Shown: positions 28,180 through 37,207 of the stretch, piece by piece
Layout of the letters: every line of letters starts with the position of its first letter
Numbering within the stretch: position 1 is the stretch's first letter
Assembly: GCA_036743455.1 (NCBI GenBank)
Contig: DAINPM010000007.1
Span: 3,400 to 67,399, forward strand
Length of the DNA stretch: 64,000 bases
Source: Bacteroidales bacterium
GTDB lineage: Bacteria > Bacteroidota > Bacteroidia > Bacteroidales > VadinHA17
Direction: 5' to 3'
Notes under the pieces: model-generated
Database searches by the model: none
What the model was told of the DNA's origin: nothing
The model's input: the letters and a program-made list of their open reading frames with translations, nothing else
Translations under genes and position numbers: made by a program

Positions 28180-29709
28180 ATGTTCAAGAATCATCCCAAA
28201 GGATTACTGGCCGCAGCGCTGGCAAATATGGGAGAGCGGTTTGGCTTCTATACGATGATGGCAATACTCGTGTTGTTTTTACAGGCCAAATTTGGATTAA
28301 GCGGTACTGATGCCGGCTTAATATATTCCATATTTTATTTTTCCATTTACATATTGGCTTTTGCCGGCGGATTGATTGCTGACCGCACAAGAAAATACAA
28401 AACCACTATTCTTGCCGGTCTCATTATTATGGCGACAGGTTATCTGATAATAGCCTTTCCCACTCCTACTCCTGTTCCGAATAAAACATTATTCCTCATT
28501 CTTTCATGTTTTGGCCTTTTGACTATTGCCTTTGGAAATGGTATGTTTAAAGGCAACCTTCAAGCTGTTGTGGGACAAATGTATGACAATGAAACTTATG
28601 GAAAAATGAGAGATTCTGGTTTTTCCATTTTTTATATGTTCATTAATGTAGGAGCACTTTTTGCTCCGCTTATTGCTATTGCAATAAGGAATATATGGCT
28701 TGCCAGGTTTGGATTTGAATACAATGCAACACTCCCGGAATTATGTCATTCACATCTTTCCGGAACATTAACTCCGGAAGCAGGGGAAAGACTTGCCATG
28801 CTTGCTGAACGAGTTTCAGGAGCTCCTCTCACAGATATTACTGCTTTCGCCAATAGTTATCTTGACGTCTTTACCAAAGGTTTCCATTATGCCTTTGGAG
28901 TATCGGTGTTGGCAATGCTTATTTCTCTTGCTGTATATGTTTTTAACAAAAACAGAATGCCAAATCCTGCACCGGCAATAGTTAAATCTGTTGACCCTTC
29001 TGCTGTTGAAATGGATTTGAAAGAGATACGTCAAAGGTTATATGCATTGTTTGCAGTTTTTGGAATAGTTATCTTCTTCTGGTTCTCTTTCCATCAAAAT
29101 GGTCTTACTCTTACTTACTTTGCAAAAGACTACACAGACCTTAGTGGCATCAGTATCAATCTCGGTTTTGTAGTAATAGAAGGGGCTGAGATCTTCCAGT
29201 CTATCAATCCCCTCTTCATAGTCTTACTGACACCTGTCATAATGGCCATTTTCGGATACCTAAGGGCTCGCGACAAAGAACCTTCCACTCCAAGAAAAAT
29301 TGCTATTGGTATGTTCATTGCAGCATTAGCCTATGTTGTAATGACACTGGGATCCCTGAATCTTCCGTTAAAACAGGAAGTAGACGCCATGGGTGGTCTT
29401 CCTGATGCACAACGCGTTACCCCCTTTCTGCTTATAGGTACTTACTTTATTCTGACCGTTGCTGAATTGTTTATAAGCCCACTGGGAATATCATTTGTTT
29501 CAAAAGTTGCACCACCTCAATTCCAGGGAATTATGCAGGGAGGATGGCTTGGCGCTACAGCAATAGGAAATCAGTTATTATTTATCGGAGCCGTACTATA
29601 CGATAATGTTCCGATATGGCTTACATGGTCTGTTTTTGTTATTGCCTGTATGCTTTCAATGTTTACAATGTTATTTATGGTAAAATGGCTTGAAAGAGTC
29701 GCCAGATAA
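28180..29709 (+). CDS. Proton-dependent oligopeptide transporter (POT/PTR2 family, DtpT-like)
   Basis: MFKNHPKGLLAAALANMGERFGFYTMMAILVLF carries the POT ExxERFxYY-type motif. The rest is a multi-TM profile. Confidence 0.9.
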   Translation: MFKNHPKGLLAAALANMGERFGFYTMMAILVLFLQAKFGLSGTDAGLIYSIFYFSIYILAFAGGLIADRTRKYKTTILAGLIIMATGYLIIAFPTPTPVPNKTLFLILSCFGLLTIAFGNGMFKGNLQAVVGQMYDNETYGKMRDSGFSIFYMFINVGALFAPLIAIAIRNIWLARFGFEYNATLPELCHSHLSGTLTPEAGERLAMLAERVSGAPLTDITAFANSYLDVFTKGFHYAFGVSVLAMLISLAVYVFNKNRMPNPAPAIVKSVDPSAVEMDLKEIRQRLYALFAVFGIVIFFWFSFHQNGLTLTYFAKDYTDLSGISINLGFVVIEGAEIFQSINPLFIVLLTPVIMAIFGYLRARDKEPSTPRKIAIGMFIAALAYVVMTLGSLNLPLKQEVDAMGGLPDAQRVTPFLLIGTYFILTVAELFISPLGISFVSKVAPPQFQGIMQGGWLGATAIGNQLLFIGAVLYDNVPIWLTWSVFVIACMLSMFTMLFMVKWLERVAR

Positions 29710-29971
29710 CAGCATTCTGAAAAACAGAAATATTCTTTCATAAAATACGAAAGAACCTGTTCCGGCTGACAGATAGTTTTCACTATCAGAGCCAGCTCAT
29801 CTGACAGCAACTTCCATGAATAATAAAGGAGGTTGTCATGCAATTGTTTATAAGGACACATTCTTGTTAAATATCATTACTAAACAGTGCATGTTACATA
29901 TATTAATGTATGGAAATTGGTCATGTTATTAATAAAATATAGTCATGAAAGAAGTCTGTCTTGATTTTTAT

Positions 29972-29979
29972 TACTTTTG
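29972..29979 (+). promoter_or_regulatory. Candidate -7 promoter box (TACTTTTG) for the thr operon, implying a leader of about 150 nt
   Basis: Matches TAnnTTTG and lies 160 nt upstream of the thrA ATG at 30140. Confidence 0.3.
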
Positions 29980-30139
29980 CACCTTTAGTGAGGATGTCTT
30001 AAAAACAGACTTAATTACGATTCAGCCATTAATCTTTGATAGGGTATGCATGTCATCCTGTAATACTAACCATTAAAGATTTCCTGGCAAATTGTAAAGG
30101 GCATTTTAGACACTCTCATCCTGTAAAAACTCTTGAAAA

Positions 30140-32572
30140 ATGAAAGTTTTAAAATTTGGAGGAACATCAATAGGCTCTCCTGATATGGTCCTCAAGGTAA
30201 AAGGCATCATAGAATCCCGGAAGCTCCCATGCGTTATTGTTGTTTCTGCTTTCGGCGGAGTTACTGACAAACTCTGCATGATCTCTGAACTTGCCTCTTC
30301 GGGTAATAATGAATACAAAACTCTTCTTGAAGAAATAAATGACAAACACAGGCAATTTGCCATAAAGCTTATCGGTGATAAAACTGTTCAGGAAAAGGTT
30401 CTTGAAGCTGTGGAAAGTATTTCGGATGAGCTACGGGAGACATGCAAAGGAATTTATTTACTCCGTGAGGTTACAAAGCATTCTTCTGATCAGGTTCTTG
30501 CCAGCGGCGAAAGGATATCATCCCTTATTGTAAGCAGTTTATTTCCTGAAGCTGAATATATTGATTCACGTGAAATTATAATAACTGATTCACGAAATCA
30601 ATGCCCTCTTATTGATTTTAATAAGACTGAAAAGCTCATTAAGAAGAGAATATCAGGGGAAAAACAGCTTATTATTGTTCCTGGTTTCATAGGAAGCAAC
30701 AATAAGGGAGAGACCACTACACTAGGCAGAGGAGGATCAGACTATACTGCTGCAATACTTGCTGCTGCTCTTAATGCCGAGGTACTGGAGATCTGGACTG
30801 ATGTAGATGGTTTCATGACTGCTGACCCGAAGAAAGTTGAAAGAGCCTACACTATTGAAAGTCTGACATATTCGGAAGCCATGGAACTTTCGCATTTTGG
30901 TGCAAAAGTAGTTTATACTCCTACTCTTCGTCCTGTTTTCAAAGCCAATATCCCGGTAGCAATACATAATACTTTTAACCCGGAAGCCCCTGGAACAATC
31001 ATAAGTCATAAATCTTCAGATAACAGTCGCAGTCCGATAAAAGGGATATCTTCGATTGATCATATTGATCTCATTACCCTACAGGGACCTGCCATGGTTG
31101 GAGTAACGGGCACTTCGTCGAGACTTTTTGGCGCACTGGCCAAAAATGAAATAAACATTATACTTATCACACAGGCGTCATCGGAATATTCCATCACATT
31201 TGCAGTGAAGCCGGAGGATTCAAATGCTGCTTTTGAAGCCATCAGTGATGAGTTCGAAAGGGAAATAAGACAAAACAGCGAGTTGAAGATTGCTGTGGAG
31301 AAAAATATGTCAATCATTGCGATTGTAGGAGAGAAAATGAAAAACACTCCGGGTATTTCAGCAACTCTCTTTAAATCTCTGGGGAGAAACGGCGTTAATG
31401 TTGTAGCTACTGCACAAGGGTCATCAGAGTTGAATATTTCTGTTGTCATAAAAAACAAGAACCTTAAAAAAGCCCTTAATGTAATCCACGATGGATTCTT
31501 CCTGTCTGCATACAATGAAATGAATATCTTTATTGCAGGGACAGGACTTGTAGGATCCAGCCTGATAAAGCAGCTTCAGCAACAGCACAAAATCCTTTTT
31601 TCAGATCATAACCTGAAAGTTAACCTGAAAGGAATAACCAATTCCAGCAGAATGCTTATAAGCTCAGGAGAATTATCTTTTGATTCTTGCAAAGAATCCC
31701 TAAAGGACGAAGGTGTAAAAGCTGATATCTCTACCTTTGTTCAGAATATAAAGAAAATGAATCTCAGAAATTCTGTTTTCATCGATTGTACAGCTGATGC
31801 CAGGGTCGCATCACAATATTCAGAACTGTTATCGGGTTATGTTTCAGTAGTAACAGCAAATAAAATAGCCTGTTCTTCTGCTTATGATTATTACCTGAGT
31901 TTGAAAAATATAGCTGGCGTAAAAGGAGTTCGCTTCATGTATGAGACTACTGTAGGTGCCGGTCTTCCGATTATCAAAACGATCAGTGACCTGATATTGA
32001 GTGGTGATAAAATTCATAAAATTGAAGCTGTACTGTCTGGTACGCTGAATTTTATCTTTAATGAGTTGAGCAGTGAATTGCCTCTTAGTAAAGCTATACG
32101 CAAAGCAAGAGAAAAAGGGTATTCAGAACCTGATCCCAGAATAGATCTCAGTGGTACAGATGTGGTAAGAAAAATCCTGATCCTGTCACGCGAGGCAGGT
32201 TATAAAATAGAACAAAAAGATGTTGAAGTCATCACATTCCTTCCGGATGAATGTTTTAAAGGTGATCTGAATGAGTTCTACAAAAATGTTGCCAGTTATG
32301 ACGACGATTTTGAAAAACAAAGGAAAGATCTCGTTAAACAAAATAAAAAATGGAGATTCACTGCTACTTTGGAAAACGGAAAAGCCAAGGTTGGACTGAT
32401 TGCTGTCGATCACGATCACCCTTCCTATAACCTGGAAGGAAGTAATAATATTGTCCTTCTCACTACCGAAAGATACAAAGAGCTGCCGATGGTCATCAAA
32501 GGATATGGAGCAGGTGCCGATGTCACAGCTGCAGGCGTTTTCGCAGACCTCATGAGAGTAATGAATGTATAA
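30140..32572 (+). CDS. thrA: Bifunctional aspartokinase / homoserine dehydrogenase
   Basis: 810 aa. It has an N-terminal MKVLKFGGTSIGS kinase domain with TTLGRGGSDYTAA. Two ACT-like segments follow. The C-terminal homoserine dehydrogenase text is GTGLVGSSLIKQL…, YETTVGAGLPII and KGYGAGADVTAAGV. Confidence 0.95.
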   Translation: MKVLKFGGTSIGSPDMVLKVKGIIESRKLPCVIVVSAFGGVTDKLCMISELASSGNNEYKTLLEEINDKHRQFAIKLIGDKTVQEKVLEAVESISDELRETCKGIYLLREVTKHSSDQVLASGERISSLIVSSLFPEAEYIDSREIIITDSRNQCPLIDFNKTEKLIKKRISGEKQLIIVPGFIGSNNKGETTTLGRGGSDYTAAILAAALNAEVLEIWTDVDGFMTADPKKVERAYTIESLTYSEAMELSHFGAKVVYTPTLRPVFKANIPVAIHNTFNPEAPGTIISHKSSDNSRSPIKGISSIDHIDLITLQGPAMVGVTGTSSRLFGALAKNEINIILITQASSEYSITFAVKPEDSNAAFEAISDEFEREIRQNSELKIAVEKNMSIIAIVGEKMKNTPGISATLFKSLGRNGVNVVATAQGSSELNISVVIKNKNLKKALNVIHDGFFLSAYNEMNIFIAGTGLVGSSLIKQLQQQHKILFSDHNLKVNLKGITNSSRMLISSGELSFDSCKESLKDEGVKADISTFVQNIKKMNLRNSVFIDCTADARVASQYSELLSGYVSVVTANKIACSSAYDYYLSLKNIAGVKGVRFMYETTVGAGLPIIKTISDLILSGDKIHKIEAVLSGTLNFIFNELSSELPLSKAIRKAREKGYSEPDPRIDLSGTDVVRKILILSREAGYKIEQKDVEVITFLPDECFKGDLNEFYKNVASYDDDFEKQRKDLVKQNKKWRFTATLENGKAKVGLIAVDHDHPSYNLEGSNNIVLLTTERYKELPMVIKGYGAGADVTAAGVFADLMRVMNV

Positions 32573-32608
32573 TTTGTAAATAATAAACATACTGAAACAT
32601 AAAGATCC

Positions 32609-33991
32609 TTGGGAAAAAATTCAATAAAATACTATTCAACGAACAGGGAAGCTCCAAAGGTTAGTTTTGGAGAAGCTCTCCTGAAAGGACTTGCACCGGA
32701 CGGAGGCTTATATATGCCCGACATTATTCCTTCACTTAACAAAGCAGATATAGAGAATTTGTTTTCTCTTGATTATCCACATGTTGCATACCGGATACTA
32801 AATAGTTTTCTATCCGGTGAAATTGAGAGTGACAAATTACTTGAACTATGTCTTGATGCTTACAATTTTGATATACCGATTGAAAAAATCTTCGACAGGA
32901 CATATATTCTGAGGCTGGATCAGGGGCCCACACTTTCTTTTAAGGATTTTGCTGCCAGAATGATGGCCAGACTTATGAGTTATTATATATCAATTGAAAA
33001 CCGTCATTTTACTATACTAACAGCAACGTCAGGAGATACAGGGAGTGCTGTGGCAAATGCTTTCTACGGAATAGAAAATATAGATGTCATTGTATTATTC
33101 CCTGCTGAAGAAATAACTGATTATCAGCGTAAGCAAATGACAACTCTTAATAAAAACATAAATGCTGTTGCAATAAACGGAAAGTTCGATGATTGTCAGC
33201 GACTGGTCAAGAAGGCATTTCTCGATCAGTCTCTTTCAGAATGTTGCCTCTCATCTGCTAATTCAATAAATGTAGGCAGGTTGCTCCCTCAGTCGGTGTA
33301 TTATTTCTATTCATGGTCAAGAATTGCAGCGAATACCGATGAAGCTGTTATTTTCAGTGTTCCTTCAGGTAACTACGGTAATCTTATGGGGGGAATACTT
33401 GCCAGAAACATGGGGTTGCCCGTTAAAAAATTCATCATATCTGCAAACGAAAATGATGAAGTGCCGAAATATTTGCAGAGTGGGATTTATAATATCATTG
33501 ATCCGTCAATAAATTGTATCTCCAGTGCAATGAATGTTGGCCATCCCAGTAATATGGCAAGAATAATTGCTTTATATGGTGGAATGATGAACAGAGAAGG
33601 TGAAATAAAAGAGAGACCGGATTTTAACGGTATTATCAAAGATTTTGCAGGGTACAGCATCACAGATGAAGAGACACGAGAGACGATTGCAGCTTTTTAT
33701 GAGAATTATGAACGTATAATTGAACCTCATGGGGCAGTAGCCTGGAGAGGAATGGAAATGTTCCGGGAGGAGTATGAATCATTTGAGACAGACAGCCCTC
33801 TTTACGTCTCTCTTGAAACAGCGCATCCCTCAAAATTCAGGGAAGAAATTGTAAAAATCCTGGGAATATCACCTGATATACCTGTTCAGCTGAGCAGAAT
33901 TGAAAACATTGAAGAAAATTATACTGAACTTGAGAATGATTATAGTGAACTCAGGAACTTCATCCTTAAACACAAAAATAACACCAGATAA
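32609..33991 (+). CDS. thrC: Threonine synthase
   Basis: KYYSTNREAPKVSFGEALLKGLAPDGGLYMP is a typical ThrC N-terminus. PLP-lysine context is GPTLSFKDFAARMM. The start codon is uncertain: TTG at 32609, with no in-frame ATG nearby. Confidence 0.9.
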   Translation: MGKNSIKYYSTNREAPKVSFGEALLKGLAPDGGLYMPDIIPSLNKADIENLFSLDYPHVAYRILNSFLSGEIESDKLLELCLDAYNFDIPIEKIFDRTYILRLDQGPTLSFKDFAARMMARLMSYYISIENRHFTILTATSGDTGSAVANAFYGIENIDVIVLFPAEEITDYQRKQMTTLNKNINAVAINGKFDDCQRLVKKAFLDQSLSECCLSSANSINVGRLLPQSVYYFYSWSRIAANTDEAVIFSVPSGNYGNLMGGILARNMGLPVKKFIISANENDEVPKYLQSGIYNIIDPSINCISSAMNVGHPSNMARIIALYGGMMNREGEIKERPDFNGIIKDFAGYSITDEETRETIAAFYENYERIIEPHGAVAWRGMEMFREEYESFETDSPLYVSLETAHPSKFREEIVKILGISPDIPVQLSRIENIEENYTELENDYSELRNFILKHKNNTR

Positions 33992-33993
33992 GT

Positions 33994-34605
33994 ATGTATA
34001 TTTTATGTTCTGATCTAGAAGGAGTATTTGTCCCGGAAATCTGGATAAACGTAGCTTTGGCTACGGGGATAGAAGAATTAAAGCTCACTACACGCGACAT
34101 CAACAATTATGATGTACTGATGAAAGGAAGGCTTAACATTCTCCGGCAAAACAATCTTACTATTCACGATATTCAAAAAGTAATCAAAAATATTGATCCT
34201 TTGCCTGGTGCTGTGGATTTTATCTCCTGGGTCAAAAAAAGAACAGGGCTGATTATCGTATCGGATACTTTTATTGAGTTTGCTGATCCTTTAATGGAAA
34301 AACTGGGTCGTCCTACTCTTTTATGTAATTCTCTTACTATCGACAAAGACGGTAATATCATAAATTACAATCTACGGCAGAGCGATGGCAAAAGGAAAGT
34401 CACAGAAGCATTGCATAATCTTAACTATAAAGTTATTGCAGTAGGAGATTCGTATAACGATATATCCATGCTTCGAAAGGCAGAAGCAGGAATACTTTTC
34501 AGACCTCCTGAAAATGTGATAAAGGATAATAGTGATCTGCCGGTCACCAGAACTTATGAAGAGCTAAAGAAAATAATCTCATCAAAAGAGCATCTTTTAC
34601 AATAA
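33994..34605 (+). CDS. thrH: Phosphoserine phosphatase / homoserine phosphotransferase (ThrH family, HAD superfamily)
   Basis: 203 aa, collinear with Pseudomonas aeruginosa ThrH as I recall it: CSDLEGVFVPEIWI, TTRDINNYDVLMKGRL, IVSDTFIEFADPLMEKLGRPTLLCNSL, YNLRQSDGKR, AVGDSYNDISML, AGILFRPPENV. It starts 3 nt after the thrC stop. Confidence 0.8.
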   Translation: MYILCSDLEGVFVPEIWINVALATGIEELKLTTRDINNYDVLMKGRLNILRQNNLTIHDIQKVIKNIDPLPGAVDFISWVKKRTGLIIVSDTFIEFADPLMEKLGRPTLLCNSLTIDKDGNIINYNLRQSDGKRKVTEALHNLNYKVIAVGDSYNDISMLRKAEAGILFRPPENVIKDNSDLPVTRTYEELKKIISSKEHLLQ

Positions 34606-34693
34606 GGAAGACCATAATCTTTGATTTTTGTATATTTATCAATGATCATAGTTTTATATGGTTGTGCATCGTATTGTAATGATTTATTAAAAG

Positions 34694-36235
34694 ATGAACA
34701 GTTTATTTTTAAGAAACAAATCCTTCCCAGTCTTAATGGCCTTATTAAGAATTATACTGGGATGGCATTTCTTGTATGAGGGTTTAATTAAGTTATTGAA
34801 TCCTGACTGGTCAGCCAGATCTTATCTGGAAGGGTCGAGATGGATTTTTGGTGATCTGTTTCGCAGGATGGCCGAAAATGACATCATTTTACAAATTGTT
34901 GACTCATTGAATGCATGGGGACTGACACTCACCGGCTTTGCCCTTATGGTTGGTTTTTTTACCCGAATTGCTTCCTGGACAGGAATAGCTATGCTTCTGT
35001 TGTATTATTTAGCCTATCCACCTTTCGGTGGTTATGCCTACGGTGCCATCACTGATGGTAATTACCTGATAGTCAACAGAAACCTTATTGAAATTTTTTG
35101 CCTTCTTCTCATTGCTTTTTCCAGATCGGGGCAATTTCTGGGTCTGGACAGATTACTATTCGGCACTGATGATAAAAGATCTTGTGAATCAAAAGAAGAG
35201 GAGCATTTTTCTGCAGCGAACAGTACAAGAAGAGAATTACTGAAAGGTCTGGCAGGCTTACCCTTTCTGGCAGGTTTTGCAGGTGCTTTTCTGAAAAACA
35301 CATCGGAACCTGGTGTTGATGCTGTTTCAAGTGCTACAATGCCAAGGGTTACCTATAAAAAAATTCCGGATCTGAAATATGAATTACCAAGAGGCAGAAT
35401 AGGTGATTTGGAAATAAGTAAGCTGATCATGGGTTGTAATCTTATCAGCGGATATGCTCATTCCAGGGATCTCATATATGCAAACACCCTGTTCAAGGCC
35501 TATAATACTGACCAGAAGATTCTTGAAACATTTCATCTTGCAGAAATGGCTGGTATTAACACTGTTTTTCTCACTACACAGAACTATCCTCTTTTCAATA
35601 AGTATCTTAAACTTTATAATGGCAGGATGCAGTCAATATGCCAGACTGATCTCAGGGTAAGTGATTTTTACGGCGACATCAACAGAGCTATTGACGCAGG
35701 TGCTACAACTCTATATATACAAGGAGGTTATGCTGACCGTTACGTTAGGGATGGCAAGATTTCACAGATTGCAACTGCTGTTGAATATATAAAAAACAAA
35801 GGGTATCTCGCAGGTGTTGGCTGTCATGCTATTGAGGTCATCGAAGCATGTGAAAAAGAGAGAATCCCAAACGATTATTATGTCAAGACTTTTCACCACG
35901 ACAACTACTGGTCAGCTCATCCTGTTGAAAACAGAGTACCATTCAGTGTAGACATTAAAAAATCAGTCGATCATAATATGATTCATGATAATATATTTGA
36001 TCTTTTTCCTGAAAAGACAGCAGAAACAATGGCACAAGTAAAAAAGCCCTGGATAGCCTTTAAGGTACTGGCAGGTGGTGCTATTGCTCCTAAAGGGGGT
36101 TTCCGCTTTGCATTTGAAAACGGCGCGGATTTTATCTGTGTTGGTATGTTTGACTTTCAGATAATAGATGATGTAAATATTGCAGGTGAAATCCTGTCTC
36201 AGCCAGGTAAGCGAACAAGACCCTGGTATTCCTGA
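34694..36235 (+). CDS. DoxX-family membrane domain fused, via an internal Tat-like motif and hydrophobic segment, to a C-terminal domain of about 310 aa with unknown function
   Basis: Residues 1-165 are DoxX-like (ALLRIILGWHFLYEGLIKL…, 4 TM helices). Residues 178-200 read TRRELLKGLAGLPFLAGFAGAFL, a close match to the S/T-RRxFLK Tat consensus plus an h-region. The remainder is soluble alpha/beta-type text. Confidence 0.6.
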   Translation: MNSLFLRNKSFPVLMALLRIILGWHFLYEGLIKLLNPDWSARSYLEGSRWIFGDLFRRMAENDIILQIVDSLNAWGLTLTGFALMVGFFTRIASWTGIAMLLLYYLAYPPFGGYAYGAITDGNYLIVNRNLIEIFCLLLIAFSRSGQFLGLDRLLFGTDDKRSCESKEEEHFSAANSTRRELLKGLAGLPFLAGFAGAFLKNTSEPGVDAVSSATMPRVTYKKIPDLKYELPRGRIGDLEISKLIMGCNLISGYAHSRDLIYANTLFKAYNTDQKILETFHLAEMAGINTVFLTTQNYPLFNKYLKLYNGRMQSICQTDLRVSDFYGDINRAIDAGATTLYIQGGYADRYVRDGKISQIATAVEYIKNKGYLAGVGCHAIEVIEACEKERIPNDYYVKTFHHDNYWSAHPVENRVPFSVDIKKSVDHNMIHDNIFDLFPEKTAETMAQVKKPWIAFKVLAGGAIAPKGGFRFAFENGADFICVGMFDFQIIDDVNIAGEILSQPGKRTRPWYS

Positions 36236-36239
36236 TCAG

Positions 36240-37085
36240 CTATTTCAGAATGGCAGATGTATATTTATCTGCTATATCAGCCTGATCTTTCGCAAGATCT
36301 GAAATAACTACCATCATATCACCTTTCCAGGCAATAAAAATGTTACCGTTATAACCATCCGAAAAAGCATACTTGCCACTTTCTTTATTTCCTGTTTCTA
36401 TCCCTGCTGAAGACAGATATTTACTGGCAGTTTCGTATGTTTCTCCGGCCGATCCGAATTTGAAAAGATAAACTCCGAAAACATCATTACCTGTCTGATA
36501 AAGTGCTTTGAATGCATTATTCAAAAACGAATGCCCCAGAACACTTTCTTTAACATAGTTCTCTTCATTTATTTTTTTTCCTTCATCAGGAAATAAAGAG
36601 AGTAATTCGGGCATTTCATCAGAACCGTCCAACATTGTTTCCACTCTTCGTGCCAGTGTCTCCACAGCATCAATAATTTTTGATTTATCTGAGAAAGTCC
36701 TTATTTTAACATAGTAATTACCTTTAAAGAAATTCACAGAACCTTCAGTCTTATACCCCTGAGCACCAATCTTCATGAAATCATAGGAAGTAGTCCTTTC
36801 AGAGGCATATATACCAAAAGCCGATATATGATCACTATGACGATAGACTTCAAGTTTAATTATATCTTTTCCTTTTTTATATTCCGCCACATGCAGATCA
36901 ATGAATCCCAGTTCAAGATATCCGTTAGCAGCCCCGTTAATAAAATCCCATAATGTCTCTGCTGTGTAAACAGGATACTTTGTCAGCTTACGGAATCCTT
37001 TAAGCTCAGGTAACACAATTTCCTCAGCCAGCAGGCCGGAAGAATAGATTATTAACAGAACACTTATAAGAATTTTGTTTTTCAT
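36240..37085 (-). CDS. Secreted protein of unknown function
   Basis: Signal peptide MKNKILISVLLIIYSSGLLAEE. 281 aa with no recognisable motif. It is the last gene of a minus-strand three-gene string. Confidence 0.45.
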   Translation of the reverse strand: MKNKILISVLLIIYSSGLLAEEIVLPELKGFRKLTKYPVYTAETLWDFINGAANGYLELGFIDLHVAEYKKGKDIIKLEVYRHSDHISAFGIYASERTTSYDFMKIGAQGYKTEGSVNFFKGNYYVKIRTFSDKSKIIDAVETLARRVETMLDGSDEMPELLSLFPDEGKKINEENYVKESVLGHSFLNNAFKALYQTGNDVFGVYLFKFGSAGETYETASKYLSSAGIETGNKESGKYAFSDGYNGNIFIAWKGDMMVVISDLAKDQADIADKYTSAILK

Positions 37086-37207
37086 ACAATTATTTAAATA
37101 TTAATTCATTACCCCTATGAAATTTACATGAATTAAATAATCATTTCCTTACGTTACTATCTGTTCATGTTAGTTTCCTGTATCAGTATTTTATGTCAGG
37201 TATTTTT

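Noticed and set aside
29816-29932. 38-codon Cys-containing ORF (MNNKGGCHAIVYKDTFLLNIITKQCMLHILMYGNWSCY), plus a strong AAGGAGGT (29826-29833) followed by ATG at 29838 (a 10-codon ORF), in the POT-thrA spacer.
   Set aside because: The two ORFs overlap in different frames, and neither has a recognisable peptide family or nearby maturation or transport genes. Shine-Dalgarno use is generally weak in this phylum. I cannot support either as a gene from sequence alone.
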